NCBI GenBank assembly: GCA_043228905.1
Contig: JBHGNT010000020.1
Location: forward strand, 10,664,001 to 10,728,000
Reading direction: 5' to 3'
Source of the DNA: Azolla caroliniana
Taxonomy: Eukaryota > Plantae > Polypodiophyta
DNA length: 64,000 nucleotides
The stretch's first letter is position 1. The number at the start of each line of letters is the position of its first letter. Of this stretch, positions 13,045 to 25,871 are shown in pieces. A program made the translations under genes and the position numbers. The notes under the pieces were generated by a model. That model did not search any database, was not told the origin of the DNA, and saw nothing but the letters and a program-made list of their open reading frames with translations.

Positions 13045-15320
13045 ATATCCAATATATATTCCTTTGAAACATCGATCGTCTAGTTTGGATCTATGGTGCT
13101 CATGGAAATACACATAGGCAATTGGACTAAATACTCTAAGATAAGAAACCTTTGGTGGATAGCCATACCATAATGTAAAAGGGATTTCATTCCTAATGCA
13201 CTGTGTGCAAATCTGTTTTGCAGGTAGCAAGCAATGGAGATTGCCTCCTCCCAAAAGTGTTGCTCCAGGTGGCTTATTTTCAGCATGCAACGAGCTGCAT
13301 TAAGCAAGGTTTTATTTTTTCTTTCTGCCACACCATTATGTTGTGGTGTGTAGGGGACCATTTTCTTGACAAAACTTCTCCCATTCATGAGAGATATACT
13401 CCCCTCCATTGTTGTTGCGAAGTATCTCGATGGTGCTTGATGTTTGTTTTTCTGTATATTTTTTATACTTGCAGAATGTTGCAAATGCTTGATTTTTTTT
13501 CCTAATAAAGCTTACTATTGTGAATCTGGTAGTATGATCTATGAAAGAAATGAAATACCTCGCACGTGATAAGGATGGTATAGAGAATGGTCCACATAGA
13601 TCTGTATGGACGAGTTGAAGTAGACGCTCTGTCGTTCTACAGTTGTTTGTAAATGGTTGGTGTGTCATTTTTCCAAATAGACAGATTTCACACATGAAAT
13701 CTGAATTGAAGATTTTGGATGGCAATCCTTGAACTCTTTGTTGTTGTTGGCATTGTTGTAGTGCTTGATAGTGTACACACCCAAGCCGGCAATGCCATAA
13801 TTGAGTTAGTGAAGATATTTTCTTGTGATGTATTTGCAAGACTGTTGAGAATGCATTTGGAGGATGACTCCGTATTGGATATAAGTGCTTCTCCTTAGGA
13901 CACACCAACTATGTACTTGTGTTTCCATTTTTGAAAAATAGAATTGCTTTCTCTTTACAGAATTGTATTATTAGTCCATGTACATTTGCTTGTCCAACAA
14001 ATAATAGGTGCTTAGCTAGTCCTCGTACATAATAGACATTTGGTACTGTAATCTCGTGATTATCTGACAATCTGAGTTGAATGTTTCCTTTGCCGATTGT
14101 TCTTTTCCGTCCGTTGTCTCCAATAGTAAATGATAATGGATTGGACAGACCCTCATAGCAATTTAACCAGTCCTTCCGATATGTGAGGTGATGTGTAGCT
14201 CTAGTGTCTAGGTACCATGTATCATGTTCAATTTTTGTCTCTTCTACAGTGACATGGTATGCTTGCAAAATATTGTCATCTTCTGGTATTTCATCCGAAT
14301 CTCCTCCAAATTTTGTGTATTCTTTTGATTTCAAGTTTGATTTTTCTTCTAATCTTGCATTATTTGTTTGTGATTGTCTTTTGTTTTCCACAGCTTTTTT
14401 GAATCGACACACCCTTTCTGTATGCCCTTCTTTCTTACATTATCTGCATTTGACCTTTGAAACCACCATTGGACTGTTTTGTTGAAGCCTTCCAAGCATC
14501 ATTTACCTTGCTGGTACTTGATATTTCTGCACTTTTGTAAGCATCTGATTTAGCTCTATATCTATTATTATAAGATGATTTTTGTATTTTGCTAAATGAT
14601 GCAGTCATTGCCAGAGATGGAGTGGATTGTTTTAATTGCCGCTGAAGTTTTTCATGGCGGATCTTGGTAATCAAATCAGACAAAGAATTACCTTGGCTAT
14701 TCATGGGGACAAATGTGCTCCAGGATTCTGGAAGTTTACTCAATAGCAGCCCAATCTTCATTTCTTCTGAGATTTCGTTTCCCAAAGTGGTGGCTTCTTC
14801 AAGATATGTCTCCCAGGTATCCAAGAAGGTAAGAACATCTTCTTCATCTTGCAAAACACACGTGTTAAACAGGGTGGCAAGAGTATGGATTCTAGTGGTA
14901 CCATCTTGTGTTTCAAACATTTGTTTTAGTTTGGACCACATTTCTACAGCAGTTGTGAGTTTTTGAATGGCATTAGCTTGCTTGTCTTCTACATGTAGCA
15001 ATATTTCAAGTTTTGCCCTTTTGTCTTTGTTTTTCCAATCTTTCCATGCTTCTGATTGTGTATTTTTCGGTGCTTGACAGGTTCCGGTGTTGACTTCAAG
15101 TGGCTCCTCTAGATCAAGTAGTAGCTCTATCCTTGGTTTCAAAATTTTGTAGTTCTTTGTAGTAAGTTTATCTACCGAGTATTTCCTTGTCTAAGTGGAG
15201 CTTGCCATAATTTTGAGGTGGTTGTCTTTTTGCTATGTATATATATATTTGAACAATGAAAGTAGAGTATGGAGCGGGTGATATATTTCTAGGCTTCATA
15301 CTACTTACGCTTTGGTACCA

Positions 15321-15666
15321 TGTAGAGATTTTGACACAGGATACAAGATTATGGCAAACAGGAATTATGGAATAACTTGGAAAGCAATAAGAAATTTTAT
15401 TAACATAAAACAAGCCAGTAAATACAGCAACTAAGAGTGATGGATAAAAGATGCAAGGATGCAGAGAGCACACCCAACAAGTTCCCCAACTTCCTATTTA
15501 TATAGCAGAGGAAGTGGAGGGAAAAATGAGGTAAGCTTTTTGAAATACAACTAATATGAAAAACTATTTTCTTTTACTAATAATAACTTGGGGTGTGGGG
15601 TTATATTTAGTAATTAACTAAGTAGTTGGTCACTAATAGCGAATTAATTAATTATAACTTCTAACA
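15321..15666 (-). repeat. 5' LTR of Copia element A
   Basis: TG...CA termini, adjacent PBS, matches 6625-6970. Confidence 0.95.
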
Positions 15667-17725
15667 GGGGAGATTAATAATCCAATAATACACAAATTTT
15701 ATAGGTTGAAATGATTTCCAGATCTCAGCCATCATAAAAATTTCAGCCATAAAACTTGGAAAGATACACATATTCTTAAACCAATAATCTAGATTTCCAG
15801 AAAAAAGTTCAGTCACATATATTCAAATCTCAAAATCTTCGAGTTTTAGACATAAAAACTCTAGTCACCAAAAACTTAAAAAATCATCGTATCTAAACAA
15901 AATGTCGGAGATCATTGCTCTTGTTAAGTGGATGGCAAAATACACCCACAATTTTTGCAGCAATAACATTAGAGTCCCTTGAAGTCAATGTTAAGCCATC
16001 GCGATGCAAACATGAAACATTGTAAGTCTCACATATTGTCAACTGCCTCTTTGCACAATGGGCACCTCTCGTAGTCATGCAATGTGTGTTTTTGTCTTAT
16101 TTGGGGAGCTACCAATAAGTTCTTGTGAAATTTTGAGCGTGGCCTACTCTTTTGTCATGAACTTGTTGCATCCGACTTTTTGATCCTCTTTCTAGCATAT
16201 TTGTTGTTGCCTATGCGCACCTAAATTGCACAACTTATTTCTTAGATCTACCAATTGTTGCAAACAATCCTCAATAGCAACCTTGTTCATCAATCCTAAT
16301 CCTTGCCTAAGCCATTGAACAACTTCTATAGTCTAATGTGTTTGAGACTTCCATGATTCCACCATGAATGCTTCTACATTCATCTCCACTTTTGCTTTTA
16401 CATTCAACTTAGATCTGCTTCTATTGTGGCATCATTCATTCGCATTTTAATCGCATGGCCTATAAATGGTATGACCCACATAAGCCAAATCGACTGAGGA
16501 ATTCAAAACTTCCGGAAAAACCAGAGGATGTCAGAACCAAGACAGAAGAAAGATATAAAGAGATCACGAGAAGAGGGGAATGAAATGATAAGAGAAGAAT
16601 GAATGTATTAATTTAAGTAAAATGAGAATGGATACAAGATAGGCACTGAGAGCTTAAGACTAGTGTTTATTCGAATTGTACTGCGTTGACTTCGAACTCG
16701 CTTGTAAAATCAAGGATTTTCTAAATTTTGAGCTCAATTTTTGGCATGTATTAAAAAAGATGACATAGAATAATCAATTGTATGACTAAAGAAACTTTGT
16801 AGTATCCACAAACCTCCATAACAATTGTTAAGAAATAATTATGGCAAACTACACATTTTAAACCATATTATTTATCAAGTGAGACCCTACAAATACCTTT
16901 TAGTATTTGTGGAGAACCACATGCACGCTAATAATATGTGCACATTTTACAGAATATTATTTATTGGGGCAAAACTTTACAAATATCCTATGCTATTTGT
17001 GGAGAGCCTGCATGCTAAGAAGTGTTTGCTCATCATATCATGTCCAGCATGTGCACTAATTTTATAAACTTGCATAAATCATCCATGTAATGGAATATCA
17101 CGCATAAGGTAGATGCATTATGCAATTGTTCATATTTATGCATGGAGAAATAATTTTACGAACTTAGCCACAATCTTGTATCGCAATTAGTAATCACACC
17201 CTATTATATTCATCCCACATCATTTGTGATACATAATGTAATTCACTTTCAATCCCAAGTAGACAAGAAGTGTGTAGATGCCTAGAAAATAAAAGAAAGC
17301 AGCATAGTACACTAGAACATGTGTATCTCAGCCTCCTCTTCATGATCTTCTTAGATAAGTCATATTATAATTGAGTAGTTTGCTCATTCTTAATACAATT
17401 CCATCATATCGTCCTACATTAAGTTGTTCATTCTACATTTCATACACAGATTCCAAATATGGGAGAAAATATGAATGGATGGAGTGAATTGTTGTAGACC
17501 CACATCAGAATCACTTAAATTGATCAATAATGATATGTTGCTTCGGGTTTGAAACCAATGAGTATATCAATATTTACATGAAAGATACCGGTTCTCTAAT
17601 TACAAAATGTGATCCAATATCACTCATATAAGTATGTCGAAGTGGGATATTTTGCTTCGAGATAACATTAATATACAATTATACCATCTCACAATAAAGA
17701 ATGGAAACTAATGATACACATCTTA

Positions 17726-20700
17726 TCATGTCGATCCAATTGTTTTCAGCGAAAACCTAAAGGTGGAGAGTATAGCACTCATTACAAACACAATACAAGT
17801 AACCAATGTTAAAACAACAGAAAGTGTGGACCTGGAGCAATATTCAGCATGTGAGAGCGTTGCACTCTTGCATATAGAAGGTATGTACATCAATGCTCCC
17901 ACGCCCACAGATCCAGAAGATAAAAGCAAATATGCTAATGTCTGGAGTATTGCATTTGATTGTACATGAAATTGGTAATAAATACCTTCGTAAGTAGTTG
18001 ATATTTGAAACACAGATTTATATGCTTAATGATCCAAGTTACATTAAAACCTAATGTAATATAGAATGTGCAATTCACATAGGCCACCAAACAAACAGAT
18101 AGGCTAGGCATGTATCTTGTTCTAAGATGACTCTATGTAAGGAATCCTAGTTGTCTATGCCTTTTTCCGAGATCTTCAAAGCCATTGGTGTGGAATGCAT
18201 GACAATCACTATATAGGGCATAAAGCACTCTCATTGAGCAACAGGACAAAGAGAAATGAAGGTGGAAGCCAATGGCACTGTTAATTAATAGTGTGTACTC
18301 AGAGTTAGTCGTGTAGTCCGTGGCATTATGAGAGGAACACCCTATTAAAATAGAGGCAATTTCCATTGCACAGTATTGATATAAATCCTTGTTATTTGGT
18401 GGTGTGTGCATTACTAACTGTAATAGAGTAATTCTTGTATGAGAGTGGTTATGCAAGCATCCCATTGTAGGGAGCTCCACAAAATTTAGTTAGTTCTGTG
18501 CAAGAAGAGGAAGATACAGAGATATCTAGCCTAGGTCTCATGATGGGTAGTTGTTGAGCTTGTTTCATTGAAAAACTCAAGCTCGACAACTACCAATTTC
18601 CCCCTTTTGATGAAGGTCTTGTTTGTACCGGCTCCAACCCGAGGCTCAAAACAAGGTGCAAACTTATTGGATAAGCATTATAAAGGTGACATAAAATAAG
18701 AACTTGGAATTTATAATCCTTGCAACTTTGTACTTGTGTGGTAACAGATTGACAAATCTTAGTGGTTGATGCATTGTGTTATTATTTATATGGTGATCGA
18801 TTGACAAACCAAAGCTGATAGGGGTTAGTTGGACATGTGATTGGGGCCCTTGCTCTATAATATACAAAGCAAGGTTGCTATCCCCGTTCAGCTCTTCATT
18901 CCTAATGGCAATCAAAATCTGAACAATGTTTATACTACTGAAGGGAACAGACAAAATTACAAACATTATATACACCAAGATTATCATGTGAGTTTATTGG
19001 TTCATGGCATACATGTGAGAAGCAGAAAATAATGTTGCTGGGGATATATTATTGGTTAGTATCAAAGAAACCACAAGTACCTGATCCACTATCATAGTAA
19101 ACGCTAGCCAAGCTATGCCAATTTTAGCGTCTTCTATGGCTGTATCTTGTGAATTCAACCTTCGGGCAGCCATAACCCCAAGATGAAGTAACGTAACAAT
19201 GAATGCACTGGCCGTGGTACCAGCAACATACCTATATTCATTGTTATCATGCACTTCATTATTTGAGAGTAGCAAACATTTGTAAGTGATTTTGAGATAC
19301 GATGAATTATACACACTTCAGAATGAATATTAAAGATACAAAACAGGTTTTGTAAAGGAAATTATTTGGGAATGTCATCAAATTGTGGAATACTTACATG
19401 AGCATTTATGATGCACCAAGCAGCCCATCAGTTAATTCAACATTATTTGTCATTTCTAGATAGAACTTCATAAGGGACCAAGTTGTAAATACAAGGAAAC
19501 CCTCACCCTAAACCACTGCCCAGTGAGAAAGTTGATCATTATTGATCATTTTGTAATGAAGAATGTAGTAGGGTTATCAATAGGACTCTAGAAGGGACCA
19601 TGTCACAATATGAAAACAATGCATAAAATAACCAATTGGAAAATTCCAGTCCTTTGTTCGTGAAATTGGGTTTACAATCTTGGATTTATGGTTTAGGGTT
19701 TAGGCTCCCAGGATTTATAGTTGATGGTGGTTTATAGCTTCGACAATTGCATTTATAAATGTTGTCGACCAACCACACTAGAAATTCCCCATGATGAATG
19801 GGCATTCATTTAAGACTTTTATGTATCATTTCTTCTTACTATCAAACTGTGGTAGGTTGTAGCCCAAGTGACCCAATTCCTATTTGTTAAAAGGATTATT
19901 TTGATAAACCAGCATACAAATTTCTAAAGCAATGCTAATTAAAAGTTAAAACCTCCTCTCTCTCTCTCTCTCCTTGAAGCATACCTGAACCCAGCAATCC
20001 TTCCATAAGACAACCATTCACCGTTGGTAAAGACAGTGTTGGTGACCATGACACAGAATGCCACAGCACTGGCTATGGCTGCCATGGATCTCAACACAAG
20101 CTCAGTGATGATATGGATATTGTTTAATGGCAATGGCGATTGTGATGGCGATGGTGAACATGTCTCATTAAAGTCCATCACTTTGGAGCTAAGCGTTGTG
20201 GGCATTTGTTGTGATCTAAACACAACATTGTTTGTCTTTGTTGGCATTATTACTGAAACACGCGATACGGCCTTCGAGAGATATCGATTCAGCTGAGGTG
20301 GATTTGCTGACTGGACTCCCTGTAGTAATGATAGCAGTAAAAAGGATGGTGTTAGAAAATGTGTTCATTCAAATGTCATACATGATAAACACATTCACCA
20401 ATGTAATGACTTTGAACTGTGAAAGACAATTTAAACAAATATTTCTTACAAATAACACATCGCACACCTTGATTGCTAGATTCGAGGCAACGAATTGAGC
20501 CCCTTGTTGAGCTGCTGTTTGCTTGGGAGAGATACTCATCGGCTGTTCAACACTCAAGTGTACTCTTTGGGGAGACGTAGGAGAGTTACTTATGGACCTG
20601 TCAGCACTTGAACATTGCATTCTAGTTCTAGGAGACATTGCTTCCTGGGTTTGGGTTTGTGTTTGCACAGGAGAAATACAGAGAGGTCTTTTAGCTCTTG

Positions 20701-23700
20701 ATTGCATTCTACTAGGAGAGGATACTATGTCTCCCTCAGTTTGTGTAGGAGAGGTTGCCATGGATCTATTAATACGTAATTGCACCCTTCTAGCGGATCC
20801 TACTTCTTGAATTTGTGTTTGTGTTTGAGTAGGAGTGTTAACATTCAATTGGGTCCTTTTGGGAGAGGTTTCTTGCTGACCAGCACTACTAGGAGAGATG
20901 CTTGTGGATCGGCTCCCATTTGGTTTCACACATCGAGGCTTTGATCTTTGTGTTGGAGAGACACTCATGGCCCTATTCTTCGTGCTCGATTGTGTTCTTC
21001 CAAAGGTCAGCATTTGCATTTCTTGAGCCTGTGTTTCTAGAGGAGAAACTATTGAAATGCGATGCTTCTGAGAGGCTAATTCAGGTTGTTCTGGTTGAGA
21101 TTCAAGAATAGGAGGTGCTAGTGATTGCCGGAGCACTTGCGTTTGAATAGGAAAAATGCCCATTTCAGCAGGAATTCTTGCAAACTCTCTTCCCGTATAA
21201 GAAGAAATTCTCATTTGAGCCAAGTTGCTTGGCTGTTTAACTTCTTCAACTACTTGAGTAGCCATAGAGGATACACTCTTTCGAGAAGAAGACCTTGAAG
21301 AAATGCTCATTCGGGCCAAAGATGATGGAGTTTGCTTTTCTTGTTGGGTTTCTATTGATCCCCGGGAAGCCATAGAAGGCCCTGGATCTGAAATACTCCT
21401 TTGGTCTTTTCCAACTCCCCCCTTACTAAGAGAAATGCTCTTGAGATTTGGACCTGAAATAAGCCCTTGTTGGACTGCTGCTTCTCCTGTTCCAAATTGA
21501 GTAGCCATAGAAGAAATGCTAATTTCAGAGTTTGAAGCTGTTGGAGAAATGCTTCTTCGAGAGTTTGAAGCTCTCGGAGAAACACTCATTTGAGAAACTC
21601 TTAGAGAATTTCTCATTTGGGGCTGATCCTGTTGTTGGATTTCTTTTATTCCTTGGGCATCCATTGGCGAAATGCTGTTTTGAGCATTAGAGGCTCTTGG
21701 AGAAATGCTCATTCGAGAAGCCAATGATTTCACTTGTTGCTCTTCATCTTCTTCTATTCCTAATGGAGTAACCATTGAGGAAATGCTTGTTTGAGAGTTT
21801 GAAGCTCCCGGAGAAATGCTCAATCGAGAAGAATCTCTCGGATAAATGCTCATTCGAGGAGGAACTGATGGTTTCTCTTGTTTGCTTTCTTCTTCCACAC
21901 CTAGTTGAGTTTTCACAGAGGAAATGCTGTTCTGAAATCTTCGAGAAATGCTCATACGAGAGGAAGCCAATGGCTGCTCTTGTTGGATTTCTTCTTCCAC
22001 TCCTGATTGATTCAGCTTAGAGAAAATGCTGGCTCGAGATGAAATAGACCTTTGTGAAATACTTTTGCGAGAACTAGAAGCTTTAGGAGAGATGCTCGCT
22101 TGAGAAGAATCTCTCAGAGAAATGTTCATCTGAGGAGTCAATGATTTCTCTTGTTGTCTTTCTTTTTCTCTTCCTAATTGAGTAGCTGCAAAGGAAATTC
22201 TGTTCCAAGAATTAGAGTCTCTTGGATGAATGCTCACTTGAGAAGAAGCCATAGGTTGCCCTTCTTGTGCTTCTCCTTCTATTCCTACTTGAATAGGCAT
22301 AGAGGAAATGCTGGACCTAGATGAAATAAAGCTTGGTGAAATGCTTTTGCGAGAATCGGCTCTGGGAAATATGCTCATTTGAGAAGTAGCCAATGGTTTC
22401 TCTTGTTCGCTTTCTTCCTCTATTCCTAATTGAATAGGCATAGAGGAAATGCTGGTTCTAGATGAAATAGAGCTTGGTGAAATGCTTTTGCGAGAATTGG
22501 CTCTGGGAAATATGCTCATTTGAGAAGTAGCCAATGGTTTCTCTTGTTCGCTTTCTTCTTCTATTTCTAATTTAGTAGCCATAGAGGAAATGCTGTTCCG
22601 AGAAATGGAGTCCCTTTCAGAAATGCTGTTCCCAGAAGAATCTCTTAGAGAAATGCTTGTTCGTGTAGAATTTCTCGGATAAATGCTCATTTGAGGAGTA
22701 GCCAATGGTTTCTCTTGTTCACCTTCTTCTATTCCTAATTGAATAGCCATAGAGGAAATGCTGTTCCGAGAATCAGAATCCCTTTGAGAAAAGCTGTTCC
22801 GAGACATGCTCACTAGAGAAGAAGCCAGGGTTTTCTCTTCTTGGTTGTCTTCTTCGTTTATTCCTTGATGAGTTGCCATAGAAGAAGAAATGCTTGTTCG
22901 AGAAGAATTAGACCTGAGAGTAGAAATGGTCATTTGGGGCTGCCTTGCTTCTTCTATTCCTTGGGCATCCATGATATGGGGAGAAACATTCTTTTGAGGA
23001 TTAGAAATGTCCACCATTTCAGACAAATTGGACATCCGTGTAGAAAAACTTGTTCGGGGCTGTTGGGCTTCTTCTATTGGTTGGGAATCCATACTCCGCA
23101 GTGAAATGCTGCTGTTTCGAGAATTAGGAATGCTTGTTCTGGAGGAATTAGATCTCAGAGTAGAGACACTCATTCGGGGCTGTTGGGCTTCTTGATTTCC
23201 TTGGGCATTCGTACTGTGAGGAGGAGAAACACTATTTCGAGGATCCAGAGCTCTCTGAGAAATGCTAGTTCGAGGTGAAGAAGACGATGGAAACTCTTTT
23301 TCTCGGGCTTCCGCAAAATTTCCTTGAGGAGTGGCCATTGAGGCTGAAATGCTCACTCGAGAAGAATCAGACCCCGGCGAAATGCTCATCCGATAAGAGT
23401 TTCTCCGGGAAATGCTCTTTCGAGAAGGAGGAGGCTGAGGTTCCTCTTGTTGGGTTTCTTCTTCTATTTCTGCATCAGCACCCATAGCCAAAATGCTCGA
23501 CCTCGGCGAAATGCTCATCCGAGAAGAGTTTCTCGGGGAAATGCTCTTTCGAGGAGGAGGCTGAGGTTCCTCTTGTTGGGTTTCTTCTTCTACTTCTGCA
23601 TCAGCACCCATAGCCGAAATGCTCGACCTCGGCAAAATGCTCATCCGATAAGAGTTTCTCGCGGAAATGCTCTTTCGTGAAGGAGGAGGCTGAGGTTCCT

Positions 23701-25720
23701 CTTGTTGGGTTTCTTCTTCTACTTCTCCATGAGTACCCATAGCCGAAATGCTCGACCTCGGGGAAATGCTCATTCGATAAGAGTTTCTTGGAGAAATGCT
23801 CTTTCGAGAAGGAGGACGCTGAGGTTCCTCTTGTTGGGTTTCTTCTTCTTCTTCTCCATGAGTACCCATAGCCGAAATGCTCGACATCGGGGAAATGCTC
23901 ATCTGATAAGAGTTTCTCGGAGAAATGCTCTTCCGAGAAGGAGGAGGCTGAGGTTCCTCTTGTTGGGTTTCTTCTTCTACTTCTCCATGAGTACTAGCCA
24001 TTGCCGAAATGCTCGACCTCGGAGAAATGCTCATCCGATAAGAACTTCCCAGAGAAATGCTCTTCCGAGAAGGAGGAGGCTGAGGTTTTTCTTGTTGGGT
24101 TTCTTCTTCTACTTCTCCAGGAGTAGCCATAGCCGAAATGCTCGACATCGGGGAAATGCTCTTTCGATAAGAATTTCTCGGAGAAATGCTCTTCCGAGAA
24201 GGAGGAGGCTGAGGTTCCTCTTGTTGTTGGGTTTCTTCTTCTATTTCTGCATGAGTAGCCATAGCCGAAATGCTCGACCTAGAAGAAGAAAAGTTTGATC
24301 TTGGGGGAGGAGAAACACTCATTCGGTGTAGTGGTTCGGTTGTTTCAGAAAATGGAAGAGTACCTGAAACCGATCTTCCATAGGGAGCGGAAAGAATTTT
24401 CTCTTTTTCTTCTTGTTGCAGAGATCCCCTACGTCTTGACGAAGAAGGAGAAACAGTCTTTCTTCTTTCTTTGATTCCCCCGTCAATCTCTTCCTCTTCT
24501 TTCTGTCTCTCTTCTTTCTTTGAGTCCTGTTTCTTCAGGATACTTCTCCGGCCAGAAGAGGAATAAGAGAAATAAGAAGAGGGTCGAAAAAAACTCCCTC
24601 CAGTAAAAGAAGCAGAAGAAAGAAAAGATGAACCTCTCTGTTGTTGCCGTGATTCGGCCAAAGAAGAAGAAGAAGAAGGATCTAGGGTTTTATTTAGTTC
24701 TGGGATCGAAAATATACTCGATCGAGAATTAGTGGGTACTGCTGAAGAAGAAGTGAAGGCTTTGTCTTGATCTCTGATGGAAAATATGCTTGATCGAGGA
24801 TAAGTGGGCATTGCCGATGAAGAAGAAGCTGATGATGAAGATGAAGATGAAGGAATTGGAGCTTCTGCTTGATCTTTAATCGCAAATATACTCTTCCGGG
24901 AAGCTGCCATTGCAGAAGTTTGGGCTTGATCTTGATCTTGATCTTGGATCGAGAATATACTCTGCCGAGATGCCACCATACCTGAAGGAGGAGGAGATTC
25001 TTCATATCCTCTGTTAGAGAATATACTAGGCCGAGAAGGAGAGACACTGTTTCGGACAGAATAAGGAGGAGGGGTGTTGTTCGGGAGAGAAGAAGCAGAG
25101 ATGCTGCTCTGAAGATGTGGAGGAGAATGGAGCTGCTGTTGATCCCAAGGCAAGGATTTCTCTGACGAGAAGCTCGATGGAGGAGAAGATGCAGAAGAAG
25201 AAGACGACGATGAAACAGAAGAAGTGGTTGCAGTGGTAGTGATAGACGAAGGATCTTCAAGTCTCTGGTTCGCGTAATGCTCAAAGTTAGGGTTAGGGTT
25301 AGGGTTAGGGTTAACGTCAAAATTAGGGTTAGGGTTCACGTCAAAGTTAGGGTTAGGGTTAACGTCAAATTTAGGGTTCGGATTAACGTCAGAATTAGGG
25401 TTAAGGTTAGGGTTCACGTCAAAATTAGGGCTAGTACGTTTATGATCGAGACGGAAGATGCTTTTCCTGATCGGCCCAGGCTGGGGGAGCTCTTGCGATT
25501 GCCCGTGTCGGTAGGGGATGGATTGAATGAGGGATTTCCTGAAAGAAACCTGCTTCGTCTCCTGCTCTTGTTGGATCTTTCTGAAGGACTGCGAAGGATT
25601 GAGGAGGAGGGATGGCCTCTGCCGCCCTGATTGACTGCTAGATGGATCTTTGGAACTAGGCTTTCGTCGCAGCGAAATGGAAGCTCTGTTAGGGTTGGAT
25701 GCGGATGGGTCTGCGGCCAT
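17726..25720 (-). CDS. Giant CASP-like (CASPL, DUF588/MARVEL-type, CASPL4-like) protein, about 1984 aa; exons 25720-20468, 20319-19985, 19231-19081, 17941-17726
   Basis: The C-terminal exons give ELVLRSMAAIASAVAFCVM..., GFR|YVAG..., IVDQ|TLAYLLLSSGS..., YCSRSTLSVVLTLVTC...SAILS, which match CASPL motifs and intron positions. Exon 1 ends AAG|GTGTGC in phase 0 and joins TACAG|GGAGTC in frame. Total 5955 nt with no internal stop. The CASPL domain is high confidence; the exon 1 junction is predicted. Confidence 0.85.
23375..24262 (-). repeat. Coding tandem repeat, 7 x ~43 aa (M.T.GEVEEETQQEEPQPPPSRKSISPRNSYRMSISPRSSISA)
   Basis: Visible in the translation and as ~129-bp DNA units. More diverged copies continue to about 21250. 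Confidence 0.95.
25281..25432 (-). repeat. Coding NPNFDV/NP repeats built on TTAGGG/AACCCT hexamers
   Basis: The + strand shows gttagggttagggttaggg and acgtcaaa units; the translation is NFDVNPNP repeated. Confidence 0.9.
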
Positions 25721-25871
25721 CTATGAAAAGCCGGATTCATTCGATTCATTCATCATCCATTCAGAGGAGGAGGAGGAGCAGAAATTGAGAAGAAAGAATT
25801 AAGTCTGTTGGTGTTGTTTGGCGTCTGTGTGATTAGGATTGGCTGTGTACTTCCTGTCATCTGCATGAATC

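Larger units (their letters stand above)
6625..15666 (-). mobile_element. Degenerate Ty1/Copia LTR retrotransposon (element A) with nested insertions
   Basis: Two 346-bp LTRs. PBS TGGTACCAAAGC at 15320-15309. PPT TAAGGGGGGC at 6980-6971. TSD GGAGA/GGGGA. Coding remnants: gag (15142-14435), protease WYLDTRATHH, integrase LVHTDLCGP and YTPQHNGVAERKN (13908-13050), RT end and RNaseH TRPDL...GWTDVDW...TEAEY (7721-6971). Confidence 0.95.

Noticed and set aside
18100-18700. Possible LTR remnant in CASPL intron 3
   Set aside because: A polypurine-like tract is present at about 18595-18610, but no termini, TSD or coding motifs could be supported.
20369-20467. C-terminus of the 1783-aa ORF as given (VCDVLFVRN...)
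   Set aside because: Composition shifts to AT-rich straight after an AAG|GT donor. Best read as intron read-through.
23275-24298. Antisense repeat ORFs on the + strand (up to 198 aa)
   Set aside because: Shadow frames of the CASPL repeat exon.
25281-25432. Telomere or interstitial telomeric array
   Set aside because: Short, interrupted, in-frame coding hexamers (Asn-Pro), not the usual plant TTTAGGG heptamer array.
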